A stretch of DNA of 64,000 nucleotides from Flectonema sp. DT1601 (GCA_964019425.1 OZ025786.1:1240001-1304000), one strand, 5' to 3'. Counted from the first letter of the stretch, positions 25,551 through 37,940 are shown. Numbers and translations are program-made. The notes: generated by a model from the sequence alone, not told the origin.

Positions 25551-26995
25551 CCTTCTGTTTTCGTGATGCTGCCAACGGCACATATTGCAATCCCAACAGT
25601 GGTAAAAAAATGACTGACGGGATTTTTTTTTTTTTTTTTTTTTTCGTTTTTTTTTAAATTGAGGAAAAGGGAAAATAAATTTAAAATTTAAAAAAAAAAT
25701 TAAAACAGACAGACAGAGGAACGTTAAATGACTATTGGAACCTACTCAAATGAAATAAAAATTTACTAATTTTTGACGACACCACTAAAAACACAGGAAC
25801 TATTATTGTGAGGGAAAAACAAAGATCACCAATGACAACTCTTTTACCACTGATTCAGCCAACCTAATCTATCTGACTGGAGCCTCCAAACGAGGGGTCA
25901 CTACTTGTTGAAGCATGTGAAGCTCAAAAAATGAATGAGAATGATATTCTCTCTACAGTGTTGGTAAACAGAAATAAGAAGAATCTGCGACACCGACGGG
26001 AATGTATCCAAAGTAAGCAAATAATCTTCCCCTCTCCTCCTTTCCTCTTCTGCGTTATCCTTGTTACCTCCCCCAAGTGTGGGGCCTTATTCAGTGGTCT
26101 TGATGTCCTCCTTTTTCTTTCTTTTTTTTTTTTTTTTTCTTTTCTTTGTGTTCATCAAAGTTAAAAGCTCTGATAAAAGCTTTTTTTTTTTTTGAAAATC
26201 CTCACAATCGTTTGAGAGAACGTCAGGAAAAAAAAAAATTTTATTATTATTTTGGTATTGTGATTAAACAACAGCTACTTTAGAAATCCCACGATTGACG
26301 AAAAAAAAAAAAAGGAAATTAAATGTAAAACATACTTACAAGCACGGAGCACAACACCCAGGGTTAGACATTTAAGAGGAGAAAAAAAAAAAAAAACGTC
26401 GTTTCAGGGTTCAGATGGGATAATTGTTTGAATTTGTAAAATACAAACACATTATTGTATAATAACATAAAACATTAACATAAAAAACGATAATTTAACA
26501 ATCCCTGTTAACGGACGCTGCGAACTATGGCGATGCATAAACTTGGCCTTTGTTCATCTTCAAGGTTGGGAAGATGGTTTTTTTTTTTTTTTTTTTTTAA
26601 TTGTCGGAATTTCAAAAACAAACAAAAAAAAATCTACAAGGAACGAAAGTACTAACAAGACGAATCCTTTCCGTGATTGATAACTAACACAATTTTTTTT
26701 TTTCATTTTTTTTATTTTTTAATAATAGCAATAAATGATCCAACGAGAAATTTAAAAAAAAAAAAAAACATGACTTTTCGTTGATTCTCTTATTTTTTTT
26801 TTTTTTTTTTTTTTGTTTCCCCTTAGAAACGTCTGTTTCTTAATAACTTTTCCAGGGCAATTTTCGAATCTCAGTTCCTTTGCAGGTAACAGTGTGGTTT
26901 TCTTGCCCTTTGCCCTGTGATAGGTTCCTATACATGGTTAGGAGCATTCTCTCATTCGCATTCACATTTACAACGATAGCCACTCGTGTTGTTCT

Positions 26996-27823
26996 TCAGC
27001 TTTTTTTTGATAATTTACCCAAAGTAAACTTCCGAGTTTTTTCTGCTGTTTCTGCGACTTCTCCGGCGCCTGCCCATCCGAGAGAGTCAACTAGTCTGGC
27101 GAGAAATGACGGAATAGAAGTATTTGCGACAGCAGTAACATTCGTTACAACTATTCCACCACCGGGAAGGATATGACAAAGGAGGAGAGAACGAACCTTA
27201 ACAGTCGAGTCTTTTACAGTGAAATCACGTTTAGTTCTTTCCATCAGAATCGCTTGATCGACTACTAAATTATCCGAAAGAGATGCAAGCTCTGCCAACT
27301 GTTCCTTTGGAACTAACGTACATCTGAATTGTATAGTAACTTTATAAACTGCTCTTATTATAGTTTTCGTTAATCTGAAGGTATCAGCTCTGTCACAGTC
27401 TTTCCATACCTTACATGTTCCTGGTTGACATGCCTTCTGCCATTCAACTGAAGCAAGTCGTTCAGGAGTTACATCAGCAGCAGTCAGTTTTGGTAAAATA
27501 TACATCGCCTTATTCAATAAGAAAACATATTTTGTTAAGTCTTCTGGCGACGTGACGTCTATGTGAGGTTGCATCTTTGCTTCTTCACTGTCAGGTGATA
27601 AACTTGATAGGTTAATAGTTTTTTCAATCATGTGTAACTCTTTCTTCCCAAGAGTCGTTCCAAGTGCCATGTTGAAACCGTAGAATGCTGTTCCTTTCTT
27701 CAACACGTCTAGGTTTCCTTTAACTTTCAAGAAGTCCCATTCTTTACTTGTTTTATGAGCAACTTTTCCAGTAATTGGGGTATCCTTCGCGAAGTCAGCA
27801 GGAAGTCTGCATGGCTCAGACAT
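26996..27823 (-). CDS. Hypothetical protein (possibly START/SRPBCC-like C-terminal region)
   Basis: ~275-aa ORF of normal composition starting MSEPCR. The fold guess is weak. Confidence 0.65.
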   Translation of the reverse strand: MSEPCRLPADFAKDTPITGKVAHKTSKEWDFLKVKGNLDVLKKGTAFYGFNMALGTTLGKKELHMIEKTINLSSLSPDSEEAKMQPHIDVTSPEDLTKYVFLLNKAMYILPKLTAADVTPERLASVEWQKACQPGTCKVWKDCDRADTFRLTKTIIRAVYKVTIQFRCTLVPKEQLAELASLSDNLVVDQAILMERTKRDFTVKDSTVKVRSLLLCHILPGGGIVVTNVTAVANTSIPSFLARLVDSLGWAGAGEVAETAEKTRKFTLGKLSKKS

Positions 27824-28139
27824 TGTTATTAAAAAACTTTGCTCTGTGAAAAAAAAGATGTAAATCAAGCTCCCAAACTAAAATTGCAAATTAAAATACG
27901 GTTGGAGACAACGTAAACATAGTTGAGCAGTCAACCACAACTCTGGAAGAGGGTGATAGTTTGATTTTGTAAAATACAAACTGCATTAATCTCAATAAGG
28001 CTTAACGTCATCTATTCTGAATGAAATGTCTGTAAGAAGGGAAAAAAAAAGAACTAAGGGGAAGAAAAAAAATAATCGCACCACGAAAACGCTTAAATTA
28101 TCTATATTGGGTAAGTAAAACCTCTATTCTAGTTGTGTT

Positions 28140-28389
28140 TTATTTGCAACTTGCGCAAGCAAATACAAATTGACAAAAATTGACTTCAATTTTATCATTT
28201 TCAGGATCAATATTATGCACTCTAAAGCTACAGAATGTATTTAGACAAAGTGTTAGGAAAGCACAGAGCCCGACAAACTCTGTTCTACTCATGGTCTGAT
28301 CACAGTCAGGATCGTACGCTTTGAATGCGGCATTGAAAGAATGGCTGTCAAGTCTGAAACCTTTGTTTTTTTTTTTTTTTTTTTAAACA

Positions 28390-28421
<32 letters not shown>

Positions 28422-28738
28422 ATTTCCATACCCGCTGATATCACAGCCTGCAATACTTCCCCATTATCTAGATCCAAGGCTCCTGAATTGTCTTCGTCGT
28501 GAACGACAAACGCATCAATCTTTTCTAAAATCCAGGAATATAATTTTTTAAATTGCTCAAAAGATAATTTACCTTGTTGATCCTCATCAAATAATTTCAA
28601 CATCATGTTTGTACTCATTTGAGTGAAGTGGAGAGTCGCTTGTTTTAATGCTTGTTGAAGCTCAATGGATTCTAATAGACCAGATTCGTCTTTATCAACT
28701 TCGCTGAACCACTTCTGAAGTTCAGAATCGTCTGACAT
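28140..28738 (-). CDS. Penta-EF-hand Ca-binding protein (PDCD6/sorcin-like); intron 28361-28431
   Basis: EF loops DKDESGLLESIE, DEDQQGKLSFEQ and DEDNSGAL. The spliced exon 2 gives GFRLDSHSF..YDPDCDQTMSRTEF..NFCQFVFACASCK*. Confidence 0.88.
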
Positions 28739-29137
28739 ATTGAATTACGTATAATTCTGATGTTTTTTGTTAAAACTGAAAAAAATGAAAAATAGTAATT
28801 CAGTCTTCTTCTCGCAATAAAAAAGTCGACGACATGTTTGTAACCTACTTGAAATTGCAATTCACGGTTTTCAATCTAAAATAATCCAAAACGAGTAGGA
28901 GGAAATAATAACAATTTTCAGGTTAGAGTGTCTGACGACACATCTCCTCATCAATAACGTCCATCAAATAGGAACTTTAAATCTAAATGAGGTGCGGTCA
29001 ATCTTTAAGTAAGAGCAACGATGATATCTACCAATTGGAAAGATAATCGAGTGCTGAACATCTTACTGATATGATTCCATAAATAGCACCAATCGGTAAG
29101 TCTTTGAAGAATTACAGGATGAGATTAGAGTTATTTC

Positions 29138-29454
29138 CTATCCTCCTGACTGACACTCCATAACATCAACAATATCAAAGTCTTCCATCCCTAACTCAGA
29201 TGCTGTTTGCATATCCTCAATAGGCATCCCATCAAACAAGAATCTGAGATCGGCGCGGGATGATAATCCCTGAGATGTGCAATATGTCTCAACTAGTTTT
29301 CGAAGGTGAGTTGATTTCTGGTTTTGTTTTGTTTTTTTTTCCACCTTACACGTCTTTACTAAATACGTAAAAGAACACACACCGATACTTTAAAGTAACT
29401 AACATCACCAGCTGCGGTTTGTAGTTTCAATCGCACAGGGTCAGATTGATCCAT
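29138..29454 (-). CDS. SUMO: SUMO-like small ubiquitin-related modifier; intron 29318-29382
   Basis: Spliced protein MDQSDPVRLKLQTAAGDVSYFKVS-KSTHLRKLVETYC..LRFLFDG..TASELGMEDFDIVDV..QSGG*. Confidence 0.88.
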
Positions 29455-29844
29455 AATTCCCAACAACCACCTGATAATCATGTTGTGATTTTCAATTATA
29501 AGATAAGAAAACTCGTATAACTCGATTGGGGATAAAACAACAAAAAACAAAAACAAACACAATAGTCTTTTTTTTTTTTTTTTTTTGTTGAGAGGAAATC
29601 GTTTGATTCGTGTAAATACAAAAGAAAATAATATATAACTACCAATCACGATGATAACCAAGAATGGGAATTCGCGACTTAAAACAACTCACAGAAATGA
29701 ATTGGTTTTTTTTATTCACCAGTGGAGGTATAATAATCTATAACTTCTAACAAACTTTTCCCAAAAAAGGGAATAAAAATTATGAAAATTAAAAAAAAAA
29801 AAAAAAAAAAAAGAATTCAGGCCACTCTGTAAAGGATACCCAAT

Positions 29845-30594
29845 TTACCCAGCAACAGATAATCTTACAGTGAGGGGTTTAATTATCCTTGAAGCACAAG
29901 GATTCTTGCTGTTGTTGTCGCTTGAATTTCGGAGCCATTTTCTTCCTTTTTTGCGATTAGTGGGAGTGCTGTACAGACGTGATAGAACACGTTGTGCACC
30001 TCCGTGTCCACGAGAGGCTGCGGCACGAAGCCAATTTAGTGCAGAAGTATCGTCTTTTTTAGTACCACAACCATCACGAAGGTAGCTTCCAATCCAATAG
30101 CCAGCCTCAACCATCATTTGGTCTGCTGCTAGTTGACACCAATACGCTGCTTGTGTGGAATCTTTTGGAACACCTTCACCGTCGTGGTAACATTGAGATA
30201 AATCGAATTGAGCTAATGCGTAGCCCTGTTCAGCTGCAAGACGACACCATTGTGTTGAGTCACAACTATCAATCACTCCGTGTGCAATTAAACGTGATAG
30301 CTGCCATTGAGCTAAAGCATCCCCGTCATTAGCTCGTTCCTTAAACCACGGAACCTTTTTAGCGACGGTTTTAAATAGTTTTACAGCCAGTTCCTTATCT
30401 TGAGGAACGAGACCACCACATTTATAAAAAACACCCATCTGGAGTTGGGCTCCAGGATGTCCGAATTCTGCAGCATTTGCGAAGGCTTCGACTGCAGCCG
30501 TGTCATCTACAGTGTGACCGTTTAAACCCCAATAAAGATGAAGGGCTCTGAGATACAAATTGCAACACTCTTCACTCACTTCTCCAATTTCCAT
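29845..30594 (-). CDS. Sel1-like repeat protein
   Basis: Repeated AAEQGYALAQFDL..Y..GEGVPKD...A..W motifs. Confidence 0.88.
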   Translation of the reverse strand: MEIGEVSEECCNLYLRALHLYWGLNGHTVDDTAAVEAFANAAEFGHPGAQLQMGVFYKCGGLVPQDKELAVKLFKTVAKKVPWFKERANDGDALAQWQLSRLIAHGVIDSCDSTQWCRLAAEQGYALAQFDLSQCYHDGEGVPKDSTQAAYWCQLAADQMMVEAGYWIGSYLRDGCGTKKDDTSALNWLRAAASRGHGGAQRVLSRLYSTPTNRKKGRKWLRNSSDNNSKNPCASRIIKPLTVRLSVAG

Positions 30595-31052
30595 TTTTAT
30601 TATTTCTTTGTTCGTAGTGATGGTTTTCGTTGTTTTGTTTTTGTTTTGTTTTTGTTTGTTTTTTTTTAAATTCCTCGACAACAATTCTATATGGTGAAGA
30701 AAAAGATAAAATTTGCTCTCTAATCCAACAACGATGCGGTTGCTCAAATTAATAAATAAATTGTGTGCTTCATCCGTGCCAATGAGATTTAAAAAAAAAA
30801 AAAAAAAAATGGAAAAGAAATAAAATCTCAACACCAATAAATCATAAACACAATTTTGGTAAGCAAATAATACACAACGTCACTCGTTTTTTTTTTTTTT
30901 TTGTTTTTTTTTTTTTTCCCCTAAAAAAAAAAAGCCAAGCAAATAAATGCTGCTATTTTTTTTTTTTTTTTAATTTTACAAATTCCCGTCAGTCAGCCTT
31001 GGTAGAATGAGTGGTGTAGAAACTCTTCCATTTTTTTTTTTTTTTTTTCTTC

Positions 31053-31393
31053 TCATGCCTCAACCAGAAGGATGATATCAACGTCGTCGTGGGCTCCCTG
31101 AATTTTGTTTTAGATAACTAATCACCTCACTTCGTACAAACCATGATAAGGAAAAAAAATAATAAAAAACATACCTTCAACAGCATCTGTCCCTCAAATG
31201 CGATAAATCCCTTCTTCTTTGCTGCCTTTAAAGTACCTACAAGAGCTTCGTAGTACTGTTGCACTTTGTCATCATCGAACAAAACTCCAAATTTAACTGA
31301 AATTTTACCATCTGAATTCTTTGTTCCCAACCTCTTGAGATCATTCTTAATCTCCTCACATTCCTTGTCTACTGTTGCTTGGTGGTCAGCCAT
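31053..31393 (-). CDS. ABRACL: Costars/ABRACL family protein; intron 31098-31174
   Basis: VKFGVLFDDD..YEALVGTLKAAKK..FEGQMLLK, spliced to GAHDDVDIILL. Confidence 0.92.
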
Positions 31394-31626
31394 TTATATA
31401 TGTGTCCTTTTTTTTGAAGAGTCTTTTCTTTTTAAAAAATAAAAATACAACCAAGAAGAAACGTTACAAAGATTCACTTCGTTGTGGTACCTCTGATAAA
31501 AGGATGTGAACGAACAACCATCTCGTGGATAGAGAAGATGGTAATGTAATAAATAAGGACAAGAGGTTAGTTTTAAAGGTCGTTCTTAAATTTAGACTTT
31601 TGTGATGTCGAGCACAGAGAGAGAGA

Positions 31627-33261
31627 CTAATCGATTCCAACAGTTTGGTTGAAAGTACTAAAGTCCAGCGGGTTTTCAACCTTTTTCAAAGCAACGTGAT
31701 CAGACCATCCTCCCTCTCTTTCATCCATCACTTGCAACAATTCATTAATACTCTTACGAGGTGTAATGTGCGTGATATCTTCTTTAGTACTCTTTAATTT
31801 TTTAAACCCAAAACTAATTCGCTTACAACAATCAGGCAACGACGACAATAAAGAAGTGAACAACGGACTTAGAACAACACAAACATCAACAATTCCACTT
31901 TGTCTTATGAAAAGAGAAGCATCTACTTCGCTACACTTCACTGATACGACCCATGCTTGTCGTAGTTTTCTGATTAGTAAATCGACAGTAAACTGTAATG
32001 TTGAATCGTCTTTATCATAGACCAACACAACTAATCTTTTCACACGAGAATTGATAACGTGATGTCTGACAGTTGTTAATCGACTGTAGGATATAATCGG
32101 AATCTCATTCATCATTACTGATTCGGACAAACACATAATTCTGACGATGTCCATGCATCCCTCACTCCCAGTTACTATGTTGTATCCTTCATCATGAAAT
32201 CGATCACCGCCTTCCATCGCAGAATCATTACAGCACAATGCGGTTAAAACTTTTTTTGATATTCTTTTTATTAAAGTGACGACATCGTCGCAATCGTTCA
32301 AGGCAATGAATCCGATTGGAGTGTTTGTTTGTTCGAAGAGACTTAGATCGATGGAATTGACAGACGTGGTTACAATATAATACTTTCTGAGATTCTCAAT
32401 CAAATCACGTCTGATTTCATCAGTAAAACATTGTTCTCGACCGTATACTACGACGACAGGAGTAGGGTCTTGATGAATGTGTTTTGGGATATCAGTTTTA
32501 CAAACATAATCAAAAACAATTGGTTGTTTTGATGGTTCGTATCTTTGATTCAGTAGAGAACATGAAATAGATGCGATGGGAGGTCTATTTTCATTATTTT
32601 TAAGAAATGATAAACCCTCTGACCAATGAAGATGACCTGCTAGGATTAAATCTGTATTCGTGTGTTTTAAACCATTGTGAAATTCTTTAACAAAAAATGT
32701 ATTACAGTTTGGAGAAATTCCAAGACATGGTCCGTGACTAATGACAATATCTGTTTCTGTTGGTATCGAAGAATAATCAATCAGAGACTTGGTCTGAAAG
32801 CAGTTATTTGAACTTCGACCATAAGAATTTGGAATTCCAAAAAAATTAATTCCCATCAAAGACAGTGAATCGTGTTGCAAGTAATTAATATGTCTTCCTG
32901 TTTGAGAACACAAATCTCTGATCATGTCCTGTCCCATTTCAGCTATACGATTATCATGGTTGCCGCATATCATTATTTTATGTTTTTGATTTTGATTTCC
33001 AAACCATTTAATAAATTTTTTAAAACGTTCAATCGCTACTTTCTCTGATTGCTTTGGACTCAACAATAATATGTCACCACAATGGATTAATATATCGCCC
33101 TTTGGAAGGTTCAGTACCTGTTCGCTCTCGTGAGTATCAGAAACACAGACGAGCCTGACTCTGTCTCCTTGTTCCGGAAGGTTTGATATTTTTATTTTTT
33201 TTAATTCCCCGCAACCGGATGACCCGTACAAAACTTCTGAATTATCACACCCTGCTGACAT
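31627..33261 (-). CDS. Calcineurin-like metallophosphoesterase (MPPED-like) with duplicated C-terminal alpha/beta domain
   Basis: VSDTH, HCGD, GNHD, SHGP and GHLH metal-binding motifs. Confidence 0.85.
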   Translation of the reverse strand: MSAGCDNSEVLYGSSGCGELKKIKISNLPEQGDRVRLVCVSDTHESEQVLNLPKGDILIHCGDILLLSPKQSEKVAIERFKKFIKWFGNQNQKHKIMICGNHDNRIAEMGQDMIRDLCSQTGRHINYLQHDSLSLMGINFFGIPNSYGRSSNNCFQTKSLIDYSSIPTETDIVISHGPCLGISPNCNTFFVKEFHNGLKHTNTDLILAGHLHWSEGLSFLKNNENRPPIASISCSLLNQRYEPSKQPIVFDYVCKTDIPKHIHQDPTPVVVVYGREQCFTDEIRRDLIENLRKYYIVTTSVNSIDLSLFEQTNTPIGFIALNDCDDVVTLIKRISKKVLTALCCNDSAMEGGDRFHDEGYNIVTGSEGCMDIVRIMCLSESVMMNEIPIISYSRLTTVRHHVINSRVKRLVVLVYDKDDSTLQFTVDLLIRKLRQAWVVSVKCSEVDASLFIRQSGIVDVCVVLSPLFTSLLSSLPDCCKRISFGFKKLKSTKEDITHITPRKSINELLQVMDEREGGWSDHVALKKVENPLDFSTFNQTVGID

Positions 33262-33711
33262 TGTTGTGAAATGTTTCTGTTACATGGTTGGGGAGAAAAC
33301 TAATTTTTTTTAAAAAAAAAAAAAAAAACTACAATCCACGAGTGGGTTAATTGCTTTGATTTTACAAAATTACCCAAAACTGTATCACAACAACAGCCAG
33401 ACCATCAAAAAACTATAATTCAGGGGAAAGGGAACGATGTTTTGACAAAAGTAGAAAAACAGAGAAGTATGACAGAAGATTTAACTTCAGTTTCAAAATG
33501 GTAGCTAAGATGCTGAATAATGTAAGTCAGTTAAGAAGACAGTAATCGTTGTCGAATCTGGTGTGGTTCAGGGGAAAGGGGGATGGGAAACTTTATCTAA
33601 AATAATCTATCTATTAAAAAAAGAAACTACAAGGGGAAAGAAAAAAAATATTGACATTTAAAAAAAAAGGTCATTCAAAGCCAGTAGACATGAATGCTAT
33701 CAAGGTTCGAA

Positions 33712-36700
33712 CTAATAAGGACTACTAGAAGGTTGTTTATAAGAATTTAAAACATGTCTCACTTGATTAATAGCCTCCCTAGCAGGTATTGGATGACGTT
33801 GCTGCTGAGGAGGCCTTTGATATGAAGAAATAGCAGGATGAGGCTGCTGATGTTGTTGTTGCTGCTGATAACTAAAGGATGAGCACTCAGGAGAAGGAGC
33901 TGGAGAAGAATGAGGTGATGATAAAGAAACAGCAGCTGGACTTCTGTTTAGGTAAACCTGAGAGAGTACTCCTCCCAATGCTGGCTGAGATAGTTGAGGT
34001 GCAACACGAGGAGGACTTTCTCTCATCTGTTGTCTATATCCAACTGCAGGAGAACCAGCCCAAGGATGAACCGGACCAACTTCAGGAGATACTGGGACAC
34101 CAACACCAACATTATTATCGTTGTAGTATGCTCTTCCATTACTTGGTGAGGGTGATGCTGATGGTGATGCTAACTCTTGTCTACTCTGTCTTAACGGTGC
34201 TCCTCCTTGTTGACTTTGTAATCCAATGAGAGTCCTCGCTACAGCAATTGGCATTACAATCTGTTCATCGTTTAGAACTTTACATCCGACGGGAAACTCT
34301 TCAATTGACGTATTCTGTTGAGGAGGACTAGTTGGATATGATGGTTGGAATGATACTCTTTTAACACCACCGTACACTTGATCATATCCAATATCATCAT
34401 GGCTATAAGTGTGTGATGATGGAGGAGCGACGTCTCTCATGCGAGCGAGTTCCTTTTCACGACTCCTTCTGCTGTTGAGATCAAATGGACTTTGATTAAT
34501 TTCAAAACTAACATCAGACTGTTGTTGAGGTGACTGAACAGCTTCCGCACGCTGCGCTTTCTCCATCATTAGTTCCATCAACTCGAGACCATACTCTCTT
34601 AAGTTAGGAGGGATTGAAGCTGCTAATTTCGGAGCTGGTATAACAGGTCTTTCGACTCTCACTGGTGTTACTGGTAACGGTTCAGGTTCTGTGTGGATGT
34701 GAGTGGCCGCAATCGGAGATGAATTCTTAAACTCTCCTCTCCATCTTTGAAGTTCTTGTTTAACTTGCTGCATCTCATCAAGAGCAGCAGCAACTCTCTC
34801 TTGTTGTGTGAGGGATGTCACTCTGAGTTCTGCAGTTAATCGTTTCTGAACTTCAAACACAACTTGAGAAGCAGTCTGTTCCGCAACAAGATTAGTGTCA
34901 ATGTGATTATCAACAATGTGATTGTTTATTTGAGGTACCGGAGATGGAGATGGGGAGACATTTCTGATATTCTTACGTCTTCGCATAGCAGCCTCACGCC
35001 GTCTTCTATCCTGAACAGCATTTGAGAACTGACGAACCTCCTTTTGTTGATATTGTTGTTGATGAGGTTGTTGTGGTTGTTGTTGTTGTTGTTGTTGTTG
35101 CTGTTGTCCAGCCAATGGAGAAATAGCACCCCGACCCTCATCAACCCACCATGGTTCTTGTGATATTTTATTTGCAGATTCAGATTTACTTTGAACAGCT
35201 GACTGTAGTATGTTTCTACGTTTTTCAGCAGTCTTTAAATCCCGTGTAATCACTTCTTCTTGAACTTCTAATTCAAGTCTTTGAAGGGCCAATGTCTGAA
35301 TTCTTTGCCTGTACTGGTCAGTTGTTTCACCTAACTTCATACCTGTGGTACCTGTTGTCAGTCTTGGTGATTCAACAAAAGAGGTTGATGTGTCATCACT
35401 TGGTAGAGGAGATGGCAATGAAAGAGTGCTTCGGTTCTTTTCATTCAATTTTCTAGTTTCTCCTTCGATGTTTGCGATTTCTGCTTCGAGTTGTTTTCGT
35501 TTTTTTTGAAGTTCGAGATCTCTGATGACCTGCTCTCTCCCGATTCGTTTTTCAGATTCTTCAGAACGGAGACGACCCAGATGGGCTTCTAGTCTAAGTC
35601 GGTCTTCTTCGAAGGTTTTTCGCTCATTTATTAGTTCGAGCTTGGCAGACTCTTCCCTTCTCTTTGATTCGGCTACTGCCGATGCAATCGTTCTGGTTGT
35701 TTCTTCTTCTCGGAGTGCAGTTATATTTCCTTCTCTTCTAACTAATTCTTCACGTTGTGCCTGACGAGTATCTTCCAAGAGTTTGTCTTCATCAGCTCTC
35801 CTTTGTTGAAGTTGTTCCATTTCTTGTTGCATGGCTTCCATTTCTTTCTTTTTCTCAATCATTATGTTGTTAACGTTAACATTTTGAATGGAATCTACTG
35901 CTGCTGCCTGTTGAGAGATGGCTGACGTAATACTCTCAGGTGTAGGAGAAGCTGTTGGGGGCTGCATTGAAGAAACCGACTGAGCTGACTCAACAACTGC
36001 AGCAGGTGGTGCGCTAACCGCAGCAGGTAGTGCCTGACTCGGTACAGATGTTGGTGTTTCAACAATTGGAGGTTGCTGAGGTTGTTCTGTCACAGTTAGT
36101 GTTGAAGACACTTCTTCAACAGGAGTCGATATCACTGCTGGAGGTGGCAGTTCTGCTGAGGGAGGTGTTGGTAATTTCGCTTCAACCACAGCAGCAGCAG
36201 CAGCAGCAGGAACAGGTGCTACAGGTGCCGCAGCTGGCTTCTCTGCTTCAACAGGCTGCTGCTCCACAACAACTGCTTCGGCAGCTGGCTCAGGTTCAGT
36301 AACTGCTTTCGCAGCTGGCTCAGGAACTGGGGGATCTTTTTTTTCAACCACCGGTGGTGCCGGTGCTTTCGGAGGTGCCGGTGCTTTCGGAGGTGCTGGC
36401 GCTTTCGGTGCTTTTGCAGTTGGATTCGGAGGTGGCTGCGGAGCGTTTTTAGCCTTTTCAGATCCCGCGCCTGACGGCTTTGTTCCCTTTTTCTGAAACC
36501 AAATAAAACACTTATCAGACACTCCTTGTTCGCCGAGAGATTTCGTGAGGTCCATGGGTTCGCCCTTAGGCTTTGCTGAGGCACCCTTTCCCTCACATGC
36601 ATATATATCGTATTTTGATACCGCAGTTCCCAACTTTTCTTTGAATTTCGGAACGCTGACTCGCAGTTTTTTACCGAAGTCCATAGAACCAACTAATAGC

Positions 36701-36747
36701 CTGTCGCTGTGTTTCCATTGCTCTCCGATTAGGTACACACATGGCAT
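33712..36747 (-). CDS. Hypothetical Pro/Ala/Gln-rich coiled-coil protein (possible N-terminal ubiquitin-like fold)
   Basis: 1011-aa ORF with a globular ~90-aa N-terminus (..DLTKSLGEQGV..), PKAPAP repeats, coiled coil and polyQ. Confidence 0.75.
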   Translation of the reverse strand: MPCVYLIGEQWKHSDRLLVGSMDFGKKLRVSVPKFKEKLGTAVSKYDIYACEGKGASAKPKGEPMDLTKSLGEQGVSDKCFIWFQKKGTKPSGAGSEKAKNAPQPPPNPTAKAPKAPAPPKAPAPPKAPAPPVVEKKDPPVPEPAAKAVTEPEPAAEAVVVEQQPVEAEKPAAAPVAPVPAAAAAAVVEAKLPTPPSAELPPPAVISTPVEEVSSTLTVTEQPQQPPIVETPTSVPSQALPAAVSAPPAAVVESAQSVSSMQPPTASPTPESITSAISQQAAAVDSIQNVNVNNIMIEKKKEMEAMQQEMEQLQQRRADEDKLLEDTRQAQREELVRREGNITALREEETTRTIASAVAESKRREESAKLELINERKTFEEDRLRLEAHLGRLRSEESEKRIGREQVIRDLELQKKRKQLEAEIANIEGETRKLNEKNRSTLSLPSPLPSDDTSTSFVESPRLTTGTTGMKLGETTDQYRQRIQTLALQRLELEVQEEVITRDLKTAEKRRNILQSAVQSKSESANKISQEPWWVDEGRGAISPLAGQQQQQQQQQQPQQPHQQQYQQKEVRQFSNAVQDRRRREAAMRRRKNIRNVSPSPSPVPQINNHIVDNHIDTNLVAEQTASQVVFEVQKRLTAELRVTSLTQQERVAAALDEMQQVKQELQRWRGEFKNSSPIAATHIHTEPEPLPVTPVRVERPVIPAPKLAASIPPNLREYGLELMELMMEKAQRAEAVQSPQQQSDVSFEINQSPFDLNSRRSREKELARMRDVAPPSSHTYSHDDIGYDQVYGGVKRVSFQPSYPTSPPQQNTSIEEFPVGCKVLNDEQIVMPIAVARTLIGLQSQQGGAPLRQSRQELASPSASPSPSNGRAYYNDNNVGVGVPVSPEVGPVHPWAGSPAVGYRQQMRESPPRVAPQLSQPALGGVLSQVYLNRSPAAVSLSSPHSSPAPSPECSSFSYQQQQQHQQPHPAISSYQRPPQQQRHPIPAREAINQVRHVLNSYKQPSSSPY

Positions 36748-37940
36748 TAAATTGGTTGGTTTCTGTTGTCAAGTAAGTTAAAATAATTTGAATACGTCAA
36801 AAAAACCCTCCTGCAGTTCATTCCCTGCCTTAGGATCGACCGACTCAGCATTCAGTCAAAAAAAAAAAAAAAAAAAAAAAGGGAAAGGAAAAGAAAATCT
36901 CTTTGGGTATTCCAGCAAGTAGAAATCTTATCATAAATAATTTTTTTTTTTAAAAAAAGAAGGAGAAGAAAAGCAGAAAATATCCGAGACAGACTGCTGA
37001 TGCGAATTTATGTACAAAAATATTTCTCATCTTCTTTTCTTTATGTCCCATGTGACTTTTTTTTGTACCAAAAATACTCTTATGGAACGTCACCAGGAAG
37101 CTATTCTCAACTACGGCATCTCACATTGCAAAGAGATGAAGCCGCGGAGGTGATAAAAAAAAATAGCCACCACGGGAATAACAGTCAAGCATTTATGGAG
37201 CGATTGTTCCTCTTCATTTCGCATGAGAATGAATAATACGAAGACAAAAAAAAAAAAAAAAAAAAAAAAAAAAGGTACATCAGCTGTCACATATGTAAGC
37301 TGGCTTGAAAACAGTCGTAACATTCGTTATTATTATTATTGTTTCTTTATTCTCTCTCACTGGAAAAAAAAAAAAAAACCGGAATTTCGGATTGCGAGAG
37401 CTAGAAAGGAGAACGATATATATAATACTATAATAGAATGAAAAAGAAAAGATGGAATAACAAAACAACAAATAAACATATCGAAGAGCCAGGCCCGGTT
37501 TACGCTTTTTAACACAACTCGCATCCCAAAAAAAAAATAATCCTATCTAAGGGAAACGGTTAGTTTATGAGCTTATTATTATTAAAAAACGCATTTAAGA
37601 AAAAAAAAAAAAAAAAAAAAAAAAAAGATAAATAAATAAATAGTTCTGCTGTTTCGTTTAACACTAGTGGGAAACGTAGTTTCAGTAAAGTGTGAAGACT
37701 ATAAAGCGGTTTCAAGTTTGTAGTGTTTCTTATTGAAGGAACCGATACGTGTCTATCAAGGTTAGTATCTAATAAGAAAATCATCAATGCAGTGGTGAGT
37801 ATCAAACAGAGAACGCAACCCTAAACTACGATTCGCTTTGAAACTCTCAGCTTTTTTTTTTAAATATTTTATTTGGAAAGTAATTATCAAAAGAAAGAAA
37901 ACACATCCCAGTTGCCGTTGTATTTTTTATTTCTTTTATT

